From Mobula birostris (taxonomy: Eukaryota), in assembly GCF_030028105.1 (NCBI RefSeq), contig NC_092380.1:70615717-70679716 (forward strand): a stretch of DNA of 64,000 nucleotides. Reading direction: 5' to 3'. Numbering within the stretch: position 1 is the stretch's first letter; the number at the start of each line of letters is the position of its first letter. Under the pieces are notes generated by a model that saw only the letters and a list, made by a program, of their open reading frames with translations, searched no databases and was not told where the DNA came from. This document shows, piece after piece, positions 25,598-38,246 of this stretch. Both the position numbers and the translations under genes were made by a program.

Positions 25598-26275
25598 CAA
25601 TTATGATGATTCTACGTTGCTGTACCTCAATGTACAATGTAATGATCTGATCTGTATCAATGACAATCTTTTCACTGCATCTCAGTGCATGTGACAATAA
25701 TAAACCAATTCCAATTCCAATGTCTTTTTCCTTTTCGCGTTCCATTGTCCAACAACCCAAACTGTTCTTCCAAATAAAGCAATGAACTTCACTTGAAGTT
25801 CTTCCAATTTTACACACAGCATTCAGTGTTCACAGTGTGGTCTCATTTAAATTGAAATAAAATAAAATACAGATTAGGTGACTGTTTTGCAAAGCACCTC
25901 AATTCAGTCAACAAAAAAGAGCCTCAGCATCCAATTATCTGCCTTTGAAATTCTCCTTCGCATATTCAGTGTGACTCCTTTGTTCCCAGCTTCTTCAATT
26001 ACTCCAATAATTCGTGTACGAATGAAGAATAGCACCTTACTTTCCATCCTACACTTTGCTGCCCCTGAGACTCAACACGGAACTTTAATAATACAGATTA
26101 CTGACAAATTTTCTTCACTCTACAGATGCTCTGTATTTTTTTTGTTTCACTTTGTCTTTTTTTCTCTCTACAGTATTTCAAATTTTCTGATGCTATTGGT
26201 TTTCAGACACAGAATATTCATTTTTGCTTCAAACTTCCAAAATATTTTCAAGATAATATTTTGTTTTACTCTTAC

Positions 26276-26614
26276 CCAACACTTTCATGATTGAAGCCTG
26301 TTCTGCACTTTCAGGAACGATGAACACAGTGCAAGTGTAGCTTCCTTCATCAGCAATCTGTACTTTTGGAAGATGAAGTGAAGCATTTCCCCTCTTTAAA
26401 TCGGGCTCAGAAATGTACGCACCAGGTCGATTTTGAACTTGATTTCCTGTCTCGTAAGAAAATACAGCTGTTTCTTTGTTACGAGTCCATTTGACTCCTA
26501 GCTTGTCTAAGTCAATCTCTGCACCTGCAAAGTCAGTAACTTTGCATTTCAGACTAACATCTTCATTTACAAATACTGTCAGTGGGCTTGGAAATATCTC
26601 CAGATTAAAAGCAC
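26276..26614 (-). CDS. NCR3LG1: B7-H6-like gene, IgV exon
   Basis: GAFNLEIFPSPLTVFVNEDVSLKCKV...LGVKW...NRPGAYISEPDLKRGNASLHLPKVQIADEGSYTCTVFIVPESAEQASIMKVL has the V-set C, W and DxGxYxC motifs plus the RPGA...GxASLxLP pattern recalled for human B7-H6. Acceptor CTTTTATAG, donor TGG|GTAAG, 339 bp, phase 1-1. Confidence 0.92.
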
Positions 26615-26965
26615 CTATAAAAGAAGCATAAACATTGCGAAGTTATAAGATAACATAAAAGTTATAAAATCCCATTTAGATGTAACACTGCTGCAACATT
26701 GCAAGATTGTCAGTTCAAAGCATATCTACAGTTTCAAAACAATACCTGCACAAATTCTGTTAGCGCATCCTATCTTTGTATGACCTCTAGAAGCACTTGC
26801 TGCCAGGATGGGCCTACCTGGAAGCTCAGTGAAGATGTTTTCAGGTCTGGCCATGATGTCAGCTATCAGTGTACGTTTTCATGGCATTATTTTTCACTCA
26901 TCGATCTGAACACATTGTCCTAATATTTATTACAGATCAATTTGTGATTTTTATGTGCATTAATG

Positions 26966-27117
26966 AGTATTTCAATGACAATATGCAAGTGGATAATGAG
27001 TGAACAGAAAGACTGGACAATTAAAATGTGTAAGTTTCTTTGTGAGGAAGTACACGTATTAATTGTCAAGCCTTTCCATTCATTATTTATCCACTTGCAT
27101 ATTGTCATTGAAATACT
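26966..27117. repeat. 152-bp hairpin with a 31-bp perfect outer stem
   Basis: 26966-26996 is the exact reverse complement of 27087-27117, and the inner arms pair imperfectly. Confidence 0.85.
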
Positions 27118-27229
27118 TACTACTACACAGAGAACTGTTCAACCCACTGAGTCAATGCCAACCCCAGGCAAAGGAATTCTATCAATTATCTTCCTTCCCT
27201 TACTTTCCCTGCAATCTATTCACCCTCAC

Positions 27230-29390
27230 ATGTAGGTATCGGACTACTGGAAAATGATGGTAGAGAGGTAGTAATGGGGAACAAGGAAATGGTAGACAAA
27301 CTGAATAGGTATTTTGCATCAGTCTTCACTGTGGAAGACACTAACAGTATGCTGGAAATTCAAGCGTGTCAGGGGGCAGAAATGTGTGAAGCTGTTAGTC
27401 TAGGGATCTGTAGTGGGTCCAATGTTGTTTGTAATATATATTCATGATCTAGATGATGGGGTGGTAAATTGGATTAGTAAGTGTGCAGATGATACTAAGA
27501 TAGGTGGTGTTGTGGATGATGAGGTAGGTTTTCAAAACTTGCAGAGAGATTTAGGACAGTTAGAAGAGTGGGCTGAAAGATGGCAGATGGAGTTTAATGC
27601 TGAAAAATGTGAGGTGCTACATTTTGGTAGAACTAATCAAAATAGGACATACATGGTAAATGGTAGGGCATTGAAGAATGCTGTAGAACAGAGGAATCTA
27701 GGAATAATGGTGTATAGTTCCCTGAGGATGGAATCTCATGTGGATAGGGTGGTGAAGAAAGCTTTTGGTTTGCTGGCCTTTATTAATCAGAGCATTGAGT
27801 ATAGGAGTTGGGATGTAATGTTGAATTTGTATAAGGCATTGGTAAGGCCAAATCTGGAGTATTGTGCACAGTTCTCATCACTGAATTATAGGAAGGATGT
27901 CAATAAAATTGAGAGAGTACAGAGGAGGTTTACTAAAATGTTGCCTGGGTTTCATCTCCTAAGTTACAGAGAAAGGTTGAACAAGTTAGGTCTTTATTCT
28001 TTGGAGCGTAGAAGGTTAAGGGGAGACTTGATAGAGATGTTTAAAATTATGAGGGGGATTGATAGAGTTGACGTGGTTAGACTTTTTCCATTGAGAGTGG
28101 GGAAGATTCAAAGAAGAGGGCATGGTTTGAGAATTAGAGGACAAAAGTTTAGGGATAACATGAGGGGGAACTTCTTTACTCAGAGAGTGGTGGCTGTGTG
28201 GAATGAGTTTCCAGCAGAAGTGGTTGAGGCAGCTTGTCGTTGAGGTTGTCGTTTAAAGTTAAATTGGATAGATATATGGACAGGAAAGGAATGGAGGGTT
28301 ATGGGCTGAGTGGAGGTCGGTGGGAATAGGATAGGGTAAGGGTTCGGCATGGACTAGAAGGGCCGAGATGGCCTGTTTCCGTGCTGTAATTGTTATATGG
28401 TTACATGGTTATATAGGGAGAAGGTTCCTGGGAAACTGAAAGGTCTGAAGGTAGATGAGTCTCCTGGACCAGATGGTGTACACCCCAAGGTTCTGAAAGA
28501 GGTAGATGAAGAGAATATGGAGGCATTGGTAATGACCTTTCAAGAATCAATTTATTCTGGCATAGTTCCGGAGGAATAGAAAATTGGAAATATCATGCCA
28601 CTCTTGAAGAAGGAAGAGAGGCAGAAGGAAAGATAGGCCAGTTTTGGCCTGAAACGTTGACTGTACTTTTTTCCATAGATGCTTTCTGGCCTGCTGAGTT
28701 CCTCCAGCATTTTGTATGTTGCAGTCCTTGTACAGGATTCCCTAAAGGTTAATGTGTAGGTTGAGTCAATGGTGAGGAAGGCAAATGCGATGTTAGCATT
28801 CATTTCAAGAATTACTAGAACAGAAAAACAAGGATGTAATGTTGAGGCTTTAAAAGCACTGGTGAGGCCTCACTTGGAGCATTGTGAGCAGTTTTGAGCC
28901 CTTATCTAAGAAAGGATGTGCTGACATTGGAGAGGGTTCAAAGGAAGTTCACGAAAATGATTCTGGGATTGAAAAGCTTGTCATATAAGAACATTTGATG
29001 TCTCAGGCCTGTACTCACTGGAATTCAGAAGAATGAGGGGTGACCTCATTGAAACCTATCGAATGTTGGAAGGCCTCAATAGAGTGAATGCGGAGAGGAT
29101 GTTCCCTATGGTGGGGGAGTCTAAGACCAGAGGACACAGCCTCAGAATAGAGGGGTGTCCTTTTAGAATGGAGATGAGGTGGAATTTCTTTAGCCAGAGA
29201 GTGGTGAATCTGTAGAGCCCTAGTCATTTGGTATACTTAAGGCAGAGGTTGATAGGTTTGTGATTAGTCTGGGCATAAAGGGATGCAGGGAGAAGGCAGG
29301 AGATTGGGACTGAGAGGGAAAATGGATCAGCCCTGAAGAAATAGCCGAACAGACTCTATGAGCCAAATGGCCTAATTCTGCCCCTGTATT
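27230..29390 (+). mobile_element. Several degenerate CR1 fragments
   Basis: ORF 27413..28243 (CADD, YCAQF, RGHGLRI) plus further RT and 3' fragments. Confidence 0.85.
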
Positions 29391-29763
29391 TTATGTCCAC
29401 CAACTCCCTCCCAATTCTCTTGCCACCAGCCAACACTGCAAGGTAATTTTCAGTTGACAATGAGCCCACCCACACGGTCACAAAGAGAACAAATTCGTCA
29501 CAGACAGCACTTGAAGTCAGGATCAAATCTAGGATCTCTGGTGCAGCACTGATGCAGTCCTTAACTGAACATACTGTACCCAGAACATAAAACATGGAAA
29601 AATACAACACAACAGGCCCATTGGCCTTTGATGTCTGTGCTGCCTGTGAGGTAAATTTAAGTTTCATATCTGCCCGCACAAGGACTATATCCCTCCATTC
29701 CCTGTATGTTCATGCATCTGTCTAAATGCGTCTTAAAAGTAAACCTAGATCGTAATACTTTAC

Positions 29764-29812
29764 CTGATGCTGAAATAAGTGAGACAATACCACAAAGGGT
29801 CAGAATTTTCAT
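29764..29812 (-). CDS. NCR3LG1: B7-H6-like gene, signal-peptide exon (MKILTLCGIVSLISAS-G)
   Basis: ATG with an in-frame upstream TGA, a hydrophobic leader, and donor CAG|GTAAAG in phase 1 that joins the V exon in frame. Confidence 0.8.
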
Positions 29813-29878
29813 CCTTGCATCAACCTTTCAAAGCATTTTCTGCCGACTATATCCATGAGTAGTTTAGTTAAAGTAGAA

Positions 29879-30006
29879 AAACTATTTTACTTCCATTACT
29901 GCACGAACTTTTGTACGCTTAGTTACTAAGTGAAACTAAATGAGGCATTCAGCTTCATTTGATATGAAGGGTACAAAGGTTATATGATTAGGGAAGTAAA
30001 TAGTTT
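29879..30006 (-). promoter_or_regulatory. Candidate promoter with ETS and IRF/ISRE-like motifs
   Basis: GGAAGT at 29894-29889 (minus) and at 29992 (plus), and AAGTGAAACT at 29928-29937, all 80-190 bp upstream of the ATG. Motif matches only. Confidence 0.35.
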
Positions 30007-30734
30007 AAGCATAATTTAACAACATTCCAAAAGGGGCAAGATTTCAAATTAATAGACTCTAGAAATGAGCATTTATTTGAATACATAGTGCGTCAAAAAT
30101 AAGAGTGAAAGAGAGGGATAGAGGAAGAGAATGAGAGGGAATGAGAGAGAATGAAGTTAAAAAAGAAAGAGACAGTGTGAGTGGGAGAAGAAAGAGAGAG
30201 TGAGACCACGTTAAATGTTGATCTGAGATTAAGTGCTGTGGAGTGCTGAAGAATGAGTGATTTCTACAGGGAAGAATAATAAATGGACATGGTAATCATT
30301 AGTGTTTTATATTGGCAAAGTCAGCTGTGCCAATGGGAGGACTGTAGAGAAGTCACAGATACTGGTGCAGGGAATTATGTATTTGACAATGAACAATTTA
30401 TGTTGGAGTAAGGATCTAAAAATGTGGTGGCAAAAAGCATCCAGCTGGCTGATAGTGAAATGGAAATAAATCAAAATCAACCACCAGCATGATGGAGGCA
30501 CGAATGGATGTCAAAATAGATAAGGTCAATATAAAGTCATATGATTTTGATATAACCAGAAAAGAAAAACCTGGTGGAGGCTCCACATCCTGCAGATCAA
30601 AATACTTGGTTATATGAAAATAAAGGGGAGTAGCAGGGTGACAGCAGCATTGGAATATCTGGTTCGTGTCAATGTGAGAACACGGCTGCAGTACCTGAAA
30701 CAACTTTACAGTATGTGTCTTTTGCCTCTTTATC

Positions 30735-33700
30735 CTCGAAACTGAGATTGTGATTAGAGTCCTTGGCAAGGATGCTTTTCACTCAAATGCTGGAGGATCT
30801 GAGGCTAGATTCGAGGCATGGAATAAAACTAGATTGAGAACTGAGCACAAAACAGAATGCTAGATGTTATCTCTGGTTGGGCTTACAACTGAGCTCCATT
30901 CAGTTGTTCTTTAAATGCTCAATTCTTGGCCCCCAAAATGTGATTGCCAATTACAGGGACCATCTTGAATCTTTCAAGGGTATCCATATTCTGGAGAGTT
31001 AGAGGCCTAAACCCCGGAAGCTGGTGTGGTCGGGTGTGTGTTGTGACAGGACCCCCTCCCCTACGGCTGACTTCTGATGGCCCTGGAAGCTCGGAGAGAC
31101 GGTGATGGTAGTCATGGATGAGACCTGGATTCAAAATGTCCCTCTCAGTAACCCAGCACCATTCCTTGGGTCCGAATCCTTCCCAGTCCATGAGGAACTG
31201 CTGAACACCCTGAACAGTTTGTGAATCCAAAGTACTTCTCATGGTGAAGACCTGTTCCCCATCAACAAACCTGGATGGTGGTGGGACTAAAGGGCTGATG
31301 TTTACGAGTTTTAATTTGGAAATATGGAAAGTGGGATTGATCTAGAGGGTCTTGAGGAACTACAAGGTCTAAGCCACCAGGTTTACATTCCTGAGAATCT
31401 TAAAGGATCTAGTGAACTTGGGCGCCAATTTCCTAGGCTCCACTCAGAGAGGTAAATCCTGAGTCAACAACCAGACCCATTGCCCAGGCTGAAAAACTGG
31501 TCCCTGTCTTATTTGCTGTTCGCCTTTATTTCAGCCTTACAAGCAGAAGCTAGCAAAATGTCCCTTGCCCTAATCCATTTCTCCTTGCAACGTCGACAAG
31601 CTCTTCCGCTGCAAGAACCCCAGCCTCGGTCTCCTGCTCAGGGAGAGTGAGAGAGTGATGGAAAATACCCAAAATGGCATTCAAAAGGGGATATCCTGTG
31701 TGCCGAGTGCCATAAAGTGTTGTTGGCAACCTCTGCCCACATCAAGTGGTCACACAACTCATCCAACCTTTCAGAGGCCAGGCATCTGAGAGGGTTCGTT
31801 CCAAGTCTTGGTTCATCTGGTAATTGGACTGTGGGTGAAACCCAGAGGAAAGACTGGTTGTTACCCCAAACAGCTTGCAGAACGCCCTCCAAAAACATGA
31901 CATGAATTGCGGACCGTGATATGACACAATGTTCACTGGAAAACCATGGATCCTGAAGACCTGATGCGGGACGATTTTGGCTGACTCTGCTGCAGATGGT
32001 AGTCAGTCTAAGGCGATGAATTTGCAGGCCCTCGAGAAACAATGTACAATTACCATGACGACAGTCTTCCCTTTGGAAGGAGGAAACCCATGACAAATTT
32101 CATGGAGCTGTGCGCCCATGATCTGTCCAGAACAGGTAGAGGGTGGAGGAGCCCTTGAGGTTGAGTGCAGGGTTCCTTGTTCCGGGCGCACACCTTGCAT
32201 GCCTGCACGTATTGACGCACCTCCCTCACCATTCCAAGCCACCAATATCTTCTTGTAATGAACTCGAAGGTCCTGGCAATCCCTGGGTGAGTGGTCATTC
32301 TCAATGCATGTCCCCATTGAAGAACCTAAGATCGGATGGAACTAGGAATGAACAGCCAACCTGGAGGGCCGTTCTGAGGAATCTCCCCTTGAGCCTGAGG
32401 CTTGTGAACTAGTGTGTCGATTCCCCAAACTGGGAAAAAATTTCAGTAGGCTGCTCCTCTTTTGGGTTCGTTGAACTGACAGAACAAGGCATCCAGTTTC
32501 TGGTTCTATGACCCTGGTTGATAGGTCAGGATGGAATTAAAGCAGTTAAAGAAAAGACATCACCTGGCCTGCCTGCAATTCACTCTCAGCCCCCTCAAGC
32601 TAATGACGCCATTCCTCCAGAGCTAACTTGACCACAAGCAGTTTCGATTTCCATTGTCGTAGTTCACCTCTGTTGGAGACAGTCATCTGGAAAAGAACAC
32701 ACACGGGTGCAGTTTATTGTCCGAAGGTGCCCGTTGAGATAATGCTGCATCCACTTTGATGTCTGAGGCATCCACCTCCATGATGAAGGGAAGATCCGGG
32801 TTAGATCCAACCAAAATGGGTGTTGTCATAAACTGTTGTTTGAGTTCTGGGAAAGCAGCCCAGCCTTTGAGAAAATTAGGATGTCATTCAAGTAGACAAA
32901 GGCGTAGTTATGGAGAGCATCCCAGAGCGCATCGCTTCTAAAGGCCTGGAAGGTATGACCTTATGCAAACCAGATTGTACACACTCCACAAGTCTAGCTT
33001 TGAGAATACACTTGCCCCTTGGGGATTCTCAAAGGCAGTGTTTATGAGAAGAAGAAGGTAATGATTCTTGACCATTATGCGATTCATCCCTCTATAATCA
33101 ATACATGGCTGCAGGCTGCCATCCTTTTATGTATGAAGAAGAAGCCAGCACCAGCTGGAGAGGTGGAGGGCCAAATGAATCCCAGGGCAAGAGCCTCCTT
33201 TATATACCTCTCCATAGCCATTCTCTCCAGTCCCGAGAGTACATGTAATCAACCTTGCAGAGGACAAGTACCAGGCAGTAGATCTATAGCACAGTGGTGC
33301 GGTGGAAGAGTCGAGGCCTTTCCCTAGCTGAAGACCTCTTCCAAATTCTTGTAGATGGAAGGGATTTCTACTGGCTTGAGTGTTGCTATTACCCCCGAAC
33401 CTTGCTCTGAGGATGACTCCTGAGGCTCCTTAGGTAGCAGGGGTGATTCAGCAGACCCCACAGGTTCACAAGAGTCTTTAATGAAAACAGAGGCTAAGTC
33501 ACAGTCCTAATCCTCGTCCATCTCCTCAGACATCGGCAACAAGGTGCGACAGATGGTCTTTGTGCTTCTGGAACTAGGCTGTTTTGGAGCCTTCACTTAG
33601 ATGGGAGCTGGCAACTGGCTTAGCGGCTGGAGTTCCAGACTGCTTGGGCACCTCCTTGGTTTGCTCCTGAACTGGAGATCTAGTTCCAACGCACCCCTGA

Positions 33701-35476
33701 CTGGACAGGGTTGGGACTCACACGGGCCTTTAGACTGGAGCTGGCTGGTCTGCTCTTGAAGGCAGGTCTAGGTTCCCTGAAGGCTTCAGGTTACCCTGAA
33801 CAGAAGTCTGCCCCCTCATCGGCTGCTGGTCTCGGGAGAGTCTGGGGGTCGGAACACCATGTCAAAAACATACCTTCTTGCAGCGACTGGACCATGCAAT
33901 GATCCTCTCTTCCTTCCAGTTCACAGGAGGGTTATTGTGGGACAGCCAAGGGTGCCCAAGGATCAGGGGTATATGAGGAGACTCAATGATTATAGAAACT
34001 AATGTTCTCTGCATGATCGTCTGTCCTCATCCACAAGACCATTGTCTGCCTGGAACCAAGTGGACAGCCGTCCAAGACAGTTGCAGGCATGGGCTGACTC
34101 AACTCCTGCAGTGGTATGTTGAGCCGACATGCAGTCCCCAAGTCCAGGAAATTTCCAGCTCCCCCCGAGAGCCCAAAAACGCATTCACCTCTCGTCGGTT
34201 TTTACCCCAGGAGATCTCCGCCCTCAGCATGACACCAAAATCTGTGAGGTTGTGGGTAGTGGTTGCTATCATCACAGTCCTCCCAACACCAGACGGTCCT
34301 GATAGTTCTCTCAACGGCTGCAGCTTTGGATCTTCAACCTGCAGATGACCTGCTTCCCCACAGTAATAGCAGCAACCCTGGCTTCAACTCCAGAACCACT
34401 CATTGGCGGAGATTCTTATGTGGCCAATTTGCAAGGGCTCGACAGGATCCTGAGCAGGAGGTCACGGTCTGAGACTGGGGGTGGAACTGTGATGCACTGA
34501 GACCGGCCTTGGGCTAACCCTCTTTGACCTCTTGATGAATGGATTGGTCAATCAAACCTCTAAGTCCTCTGCTGGTTATCCCAAGGCGAGGGCATCCGTC
34601 AGTTCATCTCAGAGTCCGTGGTGGTGTAGAGTGGTCAAGGCCTCCCCGTTCCAGCCACTGTCTTGGGCCAAGGTCTGAAACTTGATAGCATAGTCGGCCG
34701 CTGACCGTTTGCCCTGTCAAATCATCGTCAGACTGTCCAAGGCTCAGCTGGCTCTGGCAGGGTGATGGAACACCTTCCTCACCTTCGAATCCGATCAAAC
34801 CTTCAACCTTCGTTCCCAATGTGCAGTGGCCCGGGCCAGGAGAGAGGTAATGAAGGCCACCTTTCCGCACTCCAAAGGGAACCGGGATGGCTGGAGTTGG
34901 AAAACTAATGAGCATTAAATGAGGAAGCTGCGGCAAGAGCCTGGGTCACCGTTGAATCTCTCTGGGTTTGGAAGATGCTCTGCAGAGCAACTGACAGACT
35001 CCCCTAAGTGTCTTTGACTTCCTCCTTGAAAATGTTGACAAAAGGCTTCCTGGAGGTTGTGCATCTCCAGGCTCTGTCTGCGAAGCTTCTTGCTGTGGCT
35101 TGTCACGGTGGATGAAAGACTCTGAGGCCCTGCTGGGTCCAAACTCGTATGGTGATGAGAGTCCTTGACAAGGATGGTTTGGCCACAAATGCTGGAGTAT
35201 CCGAGGCTACGATTAAGACACAGAATAAAACTGGATCGAGAACTGTGCACAAAACAAAACGCTAGACGACATCTCTGATTGGGCTCATGATTGAGCAATG
35301 AGCATTGGGCTTCGTCCAGGTGCTCCTTAAATTATCAATTCTTGGCACCCAAAATATGGCTGCCAATTAGCAGGACAGTCCTGAATTTTTTAAGGGTGCC
35401 GCGCCAGCTATCTATATTCCGGAAGTTAGAGCATCTAAACCCCAGAAGATGGCATGGCTGGGTGCATGTTATAACA
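30735..35476 (-). mobile_element. Old, degenerate chromodomain-bearing Gypsy element with diverged LTRs
   Basis: Chromodomain QFLMDWEGFGPKEWCWVTERDIL, integrase remnants (HPGIART..RRYWW, SDHGPQF-like, HPQSN), PPT GGGGAGGGGGG. LTR-like repeats at about 30735-31048 and 35140-35476 are visibly diverged. Confidence 0.85.
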
Positions 35477-35708
35477 GAGATACACAGACAATTTTGAAAT
35501 ACTTTGTACCAGGGACAATATTGAACAAGTTAAACTCTGATAATTGAGGACCAGGTGGCTAGAATGATTACGAGAACCAGCATGAATTTGAAAGTATCAA
35601 ACAAGTACTTATATGAAAAAGGAGTTGAATTATAGATATATAATTGGCTATAAAATAAATTGCCCTTCATCCCTTAATTAACCACTGGGTAAAGAAGAGG
35701 CAAGTTGA

Positions 35709-35911
35709 GGGCAGCATGGTAGTGTAGCAGTTCATGTAACGCTATTACAGCACAAGCAACCTGCGTTCAATTCTGCTGCTGTTTGTATGCTCTCCCCGTG
35801 ACCATATGGGCTTCCCTGTGTCCACATGCTGTGGTTCTTCCCACATTCCAAAGACATACAGATGGATGTAATTGTGTGGTGCAAGATTGGTAGGCCAGAA
35901 GGGCCTGTTAC
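35709..35911 (+). mobile_element. tRNA-derived SINE, interrupted at its 3' end by the hAT element
   Basis: GGTAGTGTAGCAG A-box-like and GTTCAATTC B-box-like motifs. The SINE tail CCTGTTAC|CATGCTGTA resumes at 38471. Confidence 0.65.
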
Positions 35912-35974
35912 CAATATTCCCTGTAAGGTGTGCATGCATACATCTTTTGCTACTAGCACACAAAAGAATGTAAA

Positions 35975-36708
35975 TCCTAAGAACTTTTTACAGGGGCACA
36001 ATTGGGAGCATCCTGACTGGCTGCATCGCTGCCTGGTATGGGAACTGTACCTCCCTTAATCGCAGGACTCTGCGGACAGCCCAGTGCATCTGTAGTTGTG
36101 AACTTCCCATGATTCAGGACATTTACAAAGTCAGGTGTAAGAAAAGGGCCCGAAGGATCATTGGGGACCTGAGTCACCCCAACCACAAACTGTTCCAGCT
36201 GCTGCCGTCCAGGAAATAGTACCGCAGCATAAAAGTCCAACAGGCTCTGGGACAGCTCCTTCCACCAGGCAATCAGACTGATTAACTCATGCTGATTTTA
36301 CATTGACCTATTTATTATAAAATACTATAATTGCACATTGCACATTTAGATGGAGACGTAACATAAAGATATTTACTCCTCATGTATGTGAAGGATGTAA
36401 GAAATAAAGATTTGGGAACAGCTTCTTTCCAACTGTGATAAGACTGCTGAACGGATCCTGACCCGGATCTGGGCCGTACCCTCCAAATATCCGGACCTGC
36501 CTCTCGGTTTTTTTGCACTACCTTACTCTCCCTGTTCTATTTTCTATTTATGATTTATAATTTAAATTTTTAATATTTACTATTGATTTCTAATCCTGGG
36601 AGCGCGAAGCACAGAATCAAATATCGCTGTGATGATTGTATACTCTAGTATCAATTGTTCGGCGACAATAAAGTAAAGTAAAGTGAAGTAAAGTCAATTC
36701 AATTCAAA
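35975..36708 (+). mobile_element. Two nested Rex1/Babar-type LINE 3' ends
   Basis: The host tail AATAAAG...TCAATTCAATTC is split by a (GTAAA)n-tailed fragment at 36409-36693. Confidence 0.75.
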
Positions 36709-37015
36709 ACTCCGTACAAAAGGTTATCACCCTCTACCTCATTGGCATGTTCAGTATATTTCACAGTCGTACACAAACACATTTCCTTTTCCAGACTCTG
36801 TCGACAATGTGGAGTTTGTGATGATTTGTCTGTAGATTTTAGAACTGGCTTATGTATACTGTTTTTATTGAAGAAATTATTGATTCACTGTGTTGAATTC
36901 CAAGGAAGCAAAGGGCATGAAGTGCAAAAGAACTGCTCGTTCATTTAAGGCGGAGTGGCTTAATGACCATTTCAAACAACTTTAATAATGTGAGAAGGGT
37001 GATATTGTTACATGC

Positions 37016-38246
37016 AAACACGAGGAATTCTGCAGATGCTGGAAATTCAAGCAACACACATCAAAGTTGCTGATGAACACAGCAGGCCAGGCAGCATCTC
37101 TAGGAAGAGGTACAGTCGACGTTTCAGGCTGAGACCCTTCGTCAGGACTAACTGAAAGAAGAGCTAGTAAGAGATTTGAAAGTGGGAGGGGGAGGGGGAG
37201 ATCCAAAGTGATAGGAGAAGACAGGAGGGGGAGGGATGGAGCCAAGAGCTGGATAATTGATTGGCAAAAGGGATACGAGAGGATCATGGGACAGGAGGCC
37301 TAGGGAGAAAGAAAAGGGGGGGAACCCCAGAGGATGAGCAAGGGGTATAGTGAGAAGGACAGAGGGAGAAAAAGGAGATAGAGAAAAAGAATGTGTGTAT
37401 ACAAATAAATAACGGATGGGGTATGAGGGGAAGGTGGGGCATTAGTGGAAGTTTGAGAAGTCAATGTTAGCCCTTACACTTCCTCCCTTACCACCATTCA
37501 GGACCCCAGACAGTCCTTCCAGGTGAGGTGACACTTCACCTGTGAGTTGGCTGGGGTGATATACTGCGTCTGGTGCTCCTGATGTGGCCTTCTATATATT
37601 GGTGAGACCCGACGCAGACTGGGAGATCGTTTCACTGAACATCTATGCTCTGTCTGCCAGAGAATGCAGGATCTCCCAGTGGCCACACATTTTAATTCCA
37701 CATCCAATTCCCATTCTGATATGTCTATCCACGGCCTCCTCTACTGTAAAGATGAAGCCATACTCAGGTTGGAGGAACAACACCTTATATTCCGTCTGGG
37801 TAGCCTCCAGCCTGATGGCATGAACATTGACTTCTCAAACTTCTGCTAATGCCCCACCTCCCCCTCGTACCCCATCTGTTATTTATTTATATACACACAT
37901 TCTTTCTCTCTCTCTCCTTTTTCTCCCTCTGTCCCTCTCACTATACCCCTTGCCCATCCTCTGGGTTTCCCTCCCTCCCCCTTTTCTTTCTCCCTGGGCT
38001 TCCTGTTCCATGATCCTCTCATATCCATTTTGCCAATCAACTGTCCAGCTCTTGGCTCCATCCCTCCCCCCGCCCCCCCCGTCTTCTTCTATCATCTTGG
38101 ATCTCCCCCTCCCCCTCCCACTTTCAAATCTCTTACTAGCTCTTCTTTCAGTTAGTCCTGACGAAGGGTCTCGGCCCAAAACTTCGACTGTACCTCTTCC
38201 TAGAGATGCTGCCTGGCCTGCTGCGTTCACCAGCAACTTTGATGTG
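37016..38246 (+). mobile_element. Penelope-like element fragment (GIY-YIG C-terminus) with inverted terminal repeats
   Basis: DLPVATHFNSTSNSHSDMSIHGLLYCKDEAILRLEEQHLIFRLGSLQPDGMNIDFSNF. Arms at about 37053-37468 and 37823-38246 are inverted. 13-bp flanking direct repeat TATTGTTACATGC. Confidence 0.75.

Noticed and set aside
30560-30700. Possible alternative leader exon (MLLSPCYSPLF...)
   Set aside because: Weak donor in the wrong phase. The exon at 29764-29812 fits much better.
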